Positions 53,508-64,000 of a stretch of DNA of 64,000 bases are shown here, in pieces. Position 1 is the stretch's first letter. The number at the start of each line of letters is the position of its first letter. Origin of the DNA: Conidiobolus incongruus B7586 (lineage: Eukaryota); NCBI GenBank assembly GCA_000697335.1, contig JNEM01006591.1, forward strand, positions 1 to 64,000, written 5' to 3'. The notes beneath the pieces were generated by a model. That model was not told the DNA's origin. It saw only the letters and a program-made list of their open reading frames with translations, and did no database searches. The translations under genes and the position numbers were made by a program.

Positions 53508-55152
53508 TTCAGTGGAATTAATAAAAATTAATCTTAATTATTATATTTAATTTATTTTTATTTTTATAAAGTTATAAATATTTTTTATAATATTTCAATC
53601 AATTTCAAATAAATTTACCCAAGTAAAATTTATTTTTCCAATCAAAACTATATATTTATTAGATTAAGTATACTTTTTGAATTTTTGTGATTAATTCGAA
53701 TATGTCTTTTAATTAAAAAAACAATATTTTATAAATATTTAGTTAAATAAGATTATCAATTCCAAAATAATATTTTATCATTAATAATTTTCAATATTCA
53801 AAGATTTTAATTTATTTAAAATTAACAATTACCAAATAAAAAATTATCATTTTATTATACATATACAATTATAAAAAAATATATATGCACTACATATAAT
53901 TTAATACTAAAATAGTAAAATGAGTTCAAAAATCTGGATCCTTATATTTGAGTAATTTTAAATATTTAAAACAATTCAATTGATAAATTGTCAAAAAAAT
54001 ATGGATATCATTTCAAAGGAAAAAACTATTTATAAGAATCGGTAGTTATCTAAAGTAACTTTTAGATTACTTTTAAATAATCTAATTATGAATATACTCT
54101 CAAGTTGTAATAGTTGAAATGATTGAATATTATTTCAAAATTTGGTATTTGAAATTTATCAACATTTCCGAAATTTCCCGGAGTAAATATAAATCCTCCT
54201 AAATTTCTGATGTTTTAAATATGATATTAAATTTCAATTTTAAATATAATAATGTATATATAATAGTATAATTACCTTCAAGGACTTTATGAGATGGAAG
54301 AAATTAATTACAAAATGTATTACAAATATTCATTGAAGACTGGAGGAGTAAAATTGTTTTATTATCAAAACATTCAATTTTTTATGAATTGAATATTTTT
54401 TTTACTAAATAAAAACGACATATATATATTAAATTTAATTGATTTTATAAAACTATCTATGCTGAAATAAATAATAATTCAATAATAATAGTAATAGTAA
54501 TAATAATAATAATATCTAATTATTGTTCTGTTCAATTTTTTTAAAATATGATAAATGCAATATAATTATGTGCGATAAGTTTCTAAATTTAAAAATTGGA
54601 GAGTTTTGAATAAAAAGAATAAGCATTAAACTCATATATCATTGATAATAATTAGTATTAATAAAACTGTGAGTTAAGGAAGTTAAGGGTAGATAACATT
54701 AAAGAGAGATGAAATCAAAAAACAATGCAATAGTTTGTAAATATTGTGGAATTGATGAATGCTAATAAATTAATATGTAAATGTGATAGCGCTAGATAAA
54801 ATAATTTAGGAAGTATGAGGTAATTAAAAAATCAAATGTAAATTCAAGGTCGAGAGACCTTGTATAAGTACTGGTACAATTCAAATTTTAAATCGAGAAC
54901 ATATAATAAAAAGATGAGGTTAGATCTATAAGTTTTCAAGATCCAAAATCTTGATTAAATAAAGCTGAGCATATTAAAAAAGGTACCTAAAAATAAAAAT
55001 TCTATTAAATAAGTAAAGAGTATTGGAGAGTTATTTAAATAATAACTAGTTAAGATTTATAATTGTTAAAAGAATTGATTGATCTTATGATTTTTGAACT
55101 CGATAATTGAGAACTGGATAGTTTAAGGTGATTTTATAATTGTTGACTGAAT

Positions 55153-56037
55153 TTAACCAATGATGAGTTTACCATCTTCGGTAAAGTTGTATTCAGGAAC
55201 TTCCAAGTTGAGAGGAGCAGGACCTTGTCTGATTCTACCGGAGATATCGTAGTGAGAACCGTGACAAGGGCAGTACCAACCTCCGAAATCACCAGCTTCA
55301 CCAATGGGGACACAACCTAAATGAGTACAAATACCTAACATAACTATCCATTCAGGGCGCTTAGTACGTTCGGCATCGGTTTGGGGATCGCGAAGGGTGC
55401 TGACATCAACACTGTTGGCTTCTTCAATCTCATCGGCGGTACGGTGACGGATGAAGACGGGCTTACCTCTCCACTTGATGACAAGGTTCTTACCCTCGGG
55501 AATAGCGTTGAGATCGATTTCAACTTTAGCCAAAGCTAAAACATCAGCGGAGGGAGCCATGTTGGTCAAGAAATCTTGAACGGTAGCCTTAGCGGCAGCG
55601 GCACTGAGAACACCAGTGGTACCGACCATAAAATAGGTGAAAGAACGGCTGGGGTCTTCGCCAGAATTTCTTTTGTAAGCTGAAAAATCGGGAATATCAG
55701 TGGTGTTCAATAAAGCGGTGTTATTGGTAGAGAAGGTGCGTTGTTGGAGGAAAATGGAAGAGGAGGCTAAAAAATAATGAGGTTAATAAGCTTGATTTGT
55801 ATTAATTAAATATAAATTGAATATTGATTCGGATTGAGTACCATGGAAATTGGTGTTGTTAATAACCCCATTGGATGATGAGGTAGCAGAAGTAGCCCAA
55901 GCATTAGGGATACGGGTTTTACCTTGAGTTTTGGGGGCAACTCTTGTGGTTGTGGCGAGCCATTGCTCAGCAGTTCTGGGAGCAGTGAATCTGGTGGTGT
56001 TTACTAAGCTGGAGGCAATCTTTGATCCTAACGACAT
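55153..56037 (-). CDS. RIP1: Cytochrome bc1 Rieske iron-sulfur subunit; exons 55842-56037 and 55153-55766
   Basis: CTHLGC and CPCHGSHYD Rieske boxes, KWRGKP, GPAPLNL. An in-frame GT-AG intron (55767-55841) joins a basic Ser/Thr-rich presequence. Confidence 0.97.
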
Positions 56038-58806
56038 GCTGATTTTTTGTCTTATTTAATTATATAATAATAAATCGACAAGTGATAAAACTGTGAATCT
56101 TAAAAATTTAATAGAACAACTCTTGGGGATTTCTGATTTTTGATTGGTTCAAACTCACATCTCTTAACAAAATCAAATGGGATAAAATTTCACCTTTAAA
56201 TGATTTAATTAATTGGTTTATTAAATTTTGGGTTCATATGAGATAAGATTTATTATCATTGATTCAATCAAAATCAAATCTAATCAAATCAATTCACAAA
56301 TGTATCAATCATTTATTATATTCATATGGTATATTGTTTATTAACCATTTGTAAAATTATTTCATAATATTTGATGATTAAGTATTAATATTTATAAATA
56401 TATACTAAATTTTTATACATACTACTTAAAGTATTATCATCAAAATTTTTATTTTTATCAAATTATTGATTTGATTCAGTAAAACTGACCATTTAAACCA
56501 ATGAAAGTTATTTGATAATCTTTAATATATTCGATTATGTGTTAATTCTTCAATGATAATATTTTATAATATATAAATCCATTCAAAATTATTTATTAAA
56601 TTAACTAAAATTAGTATATTACTATTAAAATTAAAATGTTTGGTTGCAAAATAATTTACAGTGTATTTATGGATATAAAATAGGCTGGATCAGATAATTA
56701 TAAAGTTTATTTAATTAATCCAAATATCTAATGTTTAGGTAATTAATTTAAATATTGGAAAATATAAAAATGTAATTTAACATTTCATTCCGAATAGAAT
56801 TTTTAATTTTTTAATATACCAATATGAATCAAATATTAAATTTTTATCAAAGTCGCAAAATACGCTAATTTTTTTCCCGTAATAAATATGGTTAATGATT
56901 ATGGGATTTTTTTTCATATAGAAATGGATTAAATTTGTTATTATTGTGGGGCTTTATAAGTAAATTTCTAATAATATTTTAAAAATATTTGTGTTAAATG
57001 TTATAAATTTAGAATATAAAAAACGAATAACTTATTGTAGATATTATATTATTAGTTAAACCTATATTTAAACCAGTATGTTGTTATCAAAATGCTGATT
57101 TGCAGTTTTTATTCAAAATTCCAGAATTTGATTGTAATTCGAATGAAAATTCTCTTTGCTCAATTCAATAATATAGAAATATAAATTTATAATACATTAA
57201 GTTCTATTAAAAACCAAATATTGATTAAGAAACATTTAGTTTATAAACCATTTATTCATTATTATTATTGTTATTATTATCAGATTATATTAGTAAAGAA
57301 AATGTTTCCTTATTAGGATTTTCAATTATTTTAAGAATCTAAAAATCAATTCAATTGAATTTTAGTGAATATTTGAATTTATTATATTGGATTTGCATAT
57401 ATTTATATAATTTCTGTAAACCATCACCGATTATATTAAAATCATGATATTATTATGTGAATCCAATTAATTCAATTCATAGTAACTGTGTCATTAGATT
57501 TGTAATTCTTTACCTCATTTTAGACTTGAAAAATTATTATAAAACCTGTAATTTATTCAATTTTAAATATTCTTTATTTGATAAGGTATATATGTAAATA
57601 AAAGTTCATTCTACACCGATTATACGCTTAACAAAATAAGAATTTTATTTTGGTAAATACGTTCAAAGAAATTTGGAATAGTTTAATTCGATTGATTATA
57701 TAATTATTGGAGTATCATGTATCAAAGAATGATTTAATGAATGTTGCTTAATTGAAAGGATCGAATAAATGAATATTCAACGCATATAGCAATCAACTAC
57801 CATATCAACAAATATTTTAAAGTGAAAATAGTATATTGAGTTTTAACTTTTGATGTAGAATATTCTTGAAGACATAATATCGCTATTAAAATATATCAAT
57901 TAAAAAATTTTCTTCCTGCTAAGTTTGAGATCATTGAGTAAAATATAATAAATCATAATAAGAATGCAAATAATCAATAAATTGAAGTTAGTGAAATAAT
58001 TGAAACAGTTTAAATATAGACAGTTTGAGCATTAAGACTGGGATTCGATGAGATATAACTGATAGTAATGTATCATCATTTTATATTATTATCAATTTAA
58101 TAATATTTTTATTTTTCTCTGACCAATTAACTTAATTTATATTAGCCAATTAAGATCTATCAATCAATTTCAAATCAAGATTTGATCCAATCAATGGTTA
58201 CAAATTTAAAAACTGTCAAAAGTTTTAATTATTCAATTTAATATAAATTTATTCATTGAAACGACTAGCAAAGTGTCAAGTGAATCTCCTCAATTATTTA
58301 AATACCTTCAAATCACAAAACTTGTTCAATTTTCTTTCAATTATATTGCTTCGGAGTTTTATTTGCTGTTGAGTTACTATTATTCCTTCATTCTCTTTTC
58401 TCTCTATAATTTAACCTCGACCTTCTTTATAATCGCTGACGTGAGGTTTTTCATCAAGGTTTTGCATATAGGTAGAAGGATTGGTAGTCGGGAGAGATAC
58501 AGCATTACTAACTATTGTTTAGAGCTTGTGATTTGATATTATTACTTGAGAGAAAAGCTTAAATCTATCATAAAATCATCCTTAAACAAATATTTCAAAT
58601 AGCATCAAGTTTTATTTTGTAATATTCAACAATTAAATTTGAGACAACAGATTTTGGTTGTTCTTTTAGAATTATTTGTTTAACCATCATTGCTTTAATA
58701 TAATTATACATCTTATATATTGAGGGATTTAAATATACAAATATATACACATCAGGATCTTGGGATATTATAGAGTTTTTATTTATTGTATATAGTCACA
58801 ACTTTA

Positions 58807-59877
58807 ATGAAATTCAAAGGAATAATTTGGATCCTACTTCAACTGGATTCGATTTTGCCTATTCAATTGAGTTATCCATATCAACTTCGAAATCTTCCTT
58901 CAGATCTCATCTACTCGTATCTGACAAACTGGCAAGCTCAGCATGAAGCACCTCGAAATCAGTGGAATCAACAACTTGCAAAAGATCCAAACCATGATGA
59001 TAATCAATCAAAGGAAGCTGATGATATGCCAAAATCGATACGACCAATACAAACTCAGTCCAAGAATCCACAGTCACAGAGTTCAAAAATCCAAAGTCCC
59101 ACCAAGAACGCTGCCCAACAGCCGATAGCTAATGCAATCAAATCATCGAAGTCAGAATTAGATGAGCAGTTAGATAAACTAAAACAGACCAAGATCTTTT
59201 TAGAAAAAAGCGATAGATCATTAATTCAAAGTAATCAATTGTTCTGTATACTAAGAGCATAGATACTAAAATTATACTTTAGCTTCTAACGGATGCGCTT
59301 GTTTGCCGAGTGATTTAGCATGTAATAATGAGTGTATTCAACAGAGAATGCTACAACAAGGTAATTTTACCATTATCTGATTTCTATCAAATTGATTAAT
59401 AGATTTGGTTTAGCTTCGAACGTAATTGGATGTATGACAGCTTGCGCTCAACAGAGTTTAAATGTTATTCAATCTTGTATGTTGGGATGCTCCAATGTAT
59501 ACTATGCCCAAGTCACTGCATCTATACCAACACCAGTCACAGAGACGCCATCATCATCGAGTTCGAGTAGTACTTCCCAATCTAGCTCCTCTTCAACCTC
59601 ACAGGAATCTTCGTCAACATCCACTTCTCAAAGTTCAACGCCTACAGAATCTTCATCAATAACATCATCCTCGTCTTCATCTTCATCGGAAACTCCCACA
59701 CCTACCTCATCCGCAAGTTCAACGCCAACGCCTACCATTGGCGCGAGCTCCAACATCAACGGAACCGTAGACGGCAGGGAGGACGATGATGACGATGACT
59801 CGGGAACTATGGAGGGAGTGACACATACGACGCTATTAGTCATGATAACTACATTATTAACACTCTTTGTTATATAA
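58807..59877 (+). CDS. Secreted, probably GPI-anchored protein with Cys-rich module and Ser/Thr-rich stalk; 3 exons
   Basis: Signal-like MKFKGIIWILLQ. Spliced module CACLPSDLACNNEC...CMTAC...CMLGC, then a Ser/Thr-rich tract and hydrophobic C-terminus TLLVMITTLLTLFVI. Confidence 0.75.
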
Positions 59878-62206
59878 CATAACTCAACATTCCACCACCA
59901 TCAATTATTAGACAGGATTCAAATGATTTTGAAAATCATTTACAGTATAATTAAAATATATAATGAATTAATATATAATATATATTAAGCTAATAAAGTT
60001 AAATGTTTGGCTATTTTGATGTGTCAATATATCTTATTAAACTTAGCTTTAATACTTTTTTTGCAGTTAGAAGCATAGATGGTATAAAATTACTATTGTC
60101 ATGAATAAAATTGATATTATATAGAATTGCAATTAAGAGCCTTTATCACCAAATACTCTATGGAATTTTTCAATGTCTATATTGTTATAATAGTGATTGT
60201 CAAGCCAGCTCATACTTTGGAACAATTGACTGTGGCAGCTAATAAAGCATCGATAGAATTCGATTAATGTTATTCCAGTCAGGTTGCAAATGTGTAATTA
60301 GTGTTGGAATATTTCCTGGCTCCTTAACGTGGTCAAATGGTAGTAGATGTACACAATATCAACACCAATTCTGGTAAGGTTTAATGCTGTTGAAAAAATT
60401 TGTTCATAGTTATTATAATCCAATGCTTCCTTCACTTGACTTGTCAGTAATTATACTTGCCATTGATATACACTGTGACATTATCAAGCCTTGAAAGGAC
60501 AAATGGATAATACATAATCACCATAAGATCTTTCACCAACTCACTTACCAAGTATACCCTAATACATACCGGAATACTCTTGCAAGAATCTTCTTCAAAT
60601 TTTTCAGTGATTGAAGTCACATAGACCAATTTTCAATCTAGCTTACATCTAGTTTTACAAAACTCCTCTCCTCGATGTCCTTCACATTCTCAATCTTATT
60701 GTTGTTTTTGATAGCATCATTTGGTGTTATCTACTGGTGCTCATTAGAAGTTTTGAACAAAATGCTAAAAATATTTTCTGTTAATAAATGATTCTTTGAC
60801 ATGTATAGAGTATATGGAAACGATAATTCATTTTAGATTTAATCCAATGACTAATTATTCAAATCCTTGTTATTGAATTATCTCATGATATCATTGAGCA
60901 AATCGTTTATAATATTAGGCTCACTGATCATTAAATTAAAATAATAAAACTGAAAACAAATCCAATCATCTTGAAAATTTCCTAATAGTATAAATAATAA
61001 AATATTGACATCCAATACTACTATAGAGAATAGTGCTAAAACATACCTTTAAACATTGAATATGATTATGAAATTTAATAATCGAACAATTGATCTCAGA
61101 TGGACTATCAGCCAGAGTAGGTTCAGATATTTTATACAGTGTTTTATATGAGCTTATTGAGTTTTTAAAGAGCGAAAATACATTTAATAATGTTGATAAG
61201 CTTGTAAATTATATTAAAGATAAAATAAAAGTTGATTTGAGAATATCACATAAACTATATAATTGATAATATTAACTAAAATATGATTGAAATATTTTGA
61301 TTAAAACGAAATTTGAAAATAATTATATATAATTTAAAATCATTATTCTATTAGCTTAACAATACATAAACATATATAATATATGCTTTTTTGAAATACA
61401 TTTATTTAAATGTATAATCCTCTATTCAAATAATTTTGGTTTTATTAGTTTCAATCATTGTGATAAATATATACTCAAGTAAAAGTTTATTATTAGTAAA
61501 TTATAAGAATAAAAGTATAATCCTTGATTTATTTTTGAAATTATTCAAACTTATAATTAATTTTCTATCTAAAATGAAAAGTTAATTTAATTTCATATTC
61601 AGAATAAAAAATTATTATTATTGAAAATCAGATATTATTGATTTTAAAGTAACAATAATGTTGGATATTAGCATTAATATAAAATCGACCATTGATCTGA
61701 ATTAATATATGGAAAATTTACCAGTTATTACTGTTTGTTTTCTATATTAATTACCTTAGATAAAGTGCTCACAAATATTATATAAAATTTTTATGATTGT
61801 TCAAATTTTAAAACATAATAATTATACTCTTCTTTTATTACCACTTTAATGATCATTTTCAAACTTTATTATTTCATTAATAAATTTTATTATTAACGAT
61901 TAAGGAAATACAAAATTTAATTGTCAATGTAATAATTCATTAATTTATAGATTGTCTCCAATTTTTATGAACAAATTATTACTACAGTTCTAAATTTTTG
62001 TTTACAAAAATTTGAGACAATCAATCAATCAATTATTTTATGAAACGTTGCCTTTATTCAAAATTAGAGGTATTATAATTTTAATTGAGTATTTTGTAAA
62101 ATTATTATATAAAGAGAAAAATTTGAAATTACTAAAATATTTGATATCAAATTAGTTATTAGTAGTTAGTTTTATTCATAGCTGGTATGATGGTGTTAAC
62201 ATTAAT

Positions 62207-63148
62207 TTAATAGATAAGATGATATAATGTGACTAGTGAAACTATCAGTATGGATAGTGTACTAGATTGGAAGTGATGGCCTTCAGAAAATAGTTTGTCG
62301 AATTTTTCAAGATCTATATTGTGACCTCTATGGTTGGTGAGCCAGCCCATAGCATAAAACATTTGTATGTAGCAATTTATATAGCAAGAGTAGAATTCAT
62401 TGATCGTTATTCCGGGCTTGCTAGCAGAAGTACACTTTTGGTGCGAGCATTTCCTGGCACCTGTAATACGATCCATCGGTAGCTGGGACAGGGACTGCCA
62501 GCACTGATCTTCGTATGATTCGATATTGTTGAAGCAATCTCGTTCGCAGCTCGAATAGTCACCAGATTTCTTGCATTGAACCGCGCAGTTGGTATACTTG
62601 CGACCAACATTAATTGTGCAATTGTCGAGTCTGAAGAGTGCATACTGATATGCTGCAATGGTTGGAGGATCTTTAATAAATTCTCTGATAATGCATATTC
62701 TGACACATCCAGGAACCGGCCCACAGGAATCTCCACAAAATTTAACAATAACAGGGTTGTCCTGAAGCATTTTGTGCTCTAGTTCGCACCTCGTTTGACA
62801 TAACTGATCCCCTCGACATCCATCACATCCTAAATCTTTACTGAGATTCTTTTTAATGACTGCAACTGGTATCAGCTTTGGTTCTTCTTTTTGAGTTTTA
62901 AATAGCGTGTCAAAAATATTACTGGAAGATGTGGGATTTTTTGAAGTAGCTTTAGAGATGGATGCGGATGCGGTTGATGTAGGTGTTGGTTTGCTCTTAG
63001 TTGTAGTTGATGTAGGAGTGGACCTTGAACTTTGACTATTGAATTCACTCTTGATTGCGTCCATCAGACCTCTAAATAGTGGGTTTGGATTTGCCCTAAC
63101 CATACATGTTATCAATAACCATTGAATAAACCAAGCAAACCATATCAT
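62207..63148 (-). CDS. Secreted Cys-rich (CxxxC repeat) protein, probably GPI-anchored
   Basis: 313-aa ORF with signal peptide MIWFAWFIQWLLITCMVRA, a Ser/Thr linker, multiple CxxxC pairs and hydrophobic C-terminal tail. Confidence 0.8.
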   Translation of the reverse strand: MIWFAWFIQWLLITCMVRANPNPLFRGLMDAIKSEFNSQSSRSTPTSTTTKSKPTPTSTASASISKATSKNPTSSSNIFDTLFKTQKEEPKLIPVAVIKKNLSKDLGCDGCRGDQLCQTRCELEHKMLQDNPVIVKFCGDSCGPVPGCVRICIIREFIKDPPTIAAYQYALFRLDNCTINVGRKYTNCAVQCKKSGDYSSCERDCFNNIESYEDQCWQSLSQLPMDRITGARKCSHQKCTSASKPGITINEFYSCYINCYIQMFYAMGWLTNHRGHNIDLEKFDKLFSEGHHFQSSTLSILIVSLVTLYHLIY

Positions 63149-64000
63149 CTTTCCAATTCTTAAACTTATATTACAAACTAATTAAAAATTCAAACACTTC
63201 AAACCACCAACAGAGAAAAGATTAAAATCAAAAAAGTTGTGTTAATAAAAGTGCTTGATCATTTAAATAAATAGCAGATTCATCATAACGGTGGGTATTA
63301 AACCAAAAAATATGAAACTTAAATTGATTTAATGTCATGCAATCATCTTGATTGGTTTGATATATTAGAATCTTCCTTTCAAAATTATCACAAGCTTATT
63401 AATTGTTATTGTCTTGAAGTAGTGTAATTAGTCGCATTGTAATAACTAAATTTTATTCTATACTTGGTTACTGTTTTAATACATGACTAAAGATAAATTT
63501 AATCTTTCAAGTTATCAATATCTCTTTTCACAAGAATAAATTCAAAATTATAAGTATTGAATGAATTACAATGCTCAGATTGGAAAATTAAGGGATTAAT
63601 ATATTCAATATACTATCTATTTATTTCAAAATAATATATATGTTCAATAAACTAAATCGCCTAATTCGGTATTTCGCTACCTTTTCAAATAATCGGCATT
63701 ATTCTTGAACTGCTTAAATTTTATTACTTCAAAAATTTATAAATCGAACGATATTTAGATGTATTATTAATTAGTTGGTCCAACCGTATGTACCGAAACT
63801 ATCATATGATATTTCTTTATTAATATATAGTTCGAACTTTTTCTTAATTGAAAATATATATTTCAACAAATGATATATATAAAAACTGATTTTTAAGTTT
63901 ATTGTTTATTGATTTAAATATCATAATTTTATTTTATAAGATTTTTAATTCTGAATTATTCAATTTTAATATATTATTCTTATTATTTTTATATAACTTA

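Noticed and set aside
54845..54862. Hairpin CAAGGTC-GAGA-GACCTTG downstream of RIP1
   Set aside because: A single 7-bp stem with no further ncRNA features; compatible with chance.
58273..58536. 87-aa ORF starting at GTG
   Set aside because: Non-ATG start in a eukaryote, low-complexity hydrophobic composition and no motif.

Overview
Eukaryotic, very AT-rich genomic DNA with many short (about 50-75 nt) spliceosomal introns. Gene content and architecture suggest an early-diverging fungus, possibly Conidiobolus-like; this is inference only. Bases ~1-13,600 have no intact gene. They hold a 211-bp inverted repeat pair and two complete-length but dead DNA transposons, a DD34D mariner (3782-5084) and a DD34E Tc1 IR/DR element (10067-11634). 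Their transposase motifs become recognisable only after reversing pervasive C>T/G>A changes, a RIP-like hypermutation signature and the most striking signal in the window. The gene-rich part encodes DNA polymerase eta (first intron apparently GT-TG), mitochondrial AsnRS, a family-16 methyltransferase, U1 snRNA, the DNA polymerase alpha catalytic subunit, an F-box-like protein and a giant TBC RabGAP. It also encodes three HSDL2-like SDR paralogs (patchy identity tracts; one copy lacks a PTS1), ER glucosidase I, the Rieske Fe-S protein and two Cys-rich, probably GPI-anchored proteins. All alignments and exon models were made by eye.
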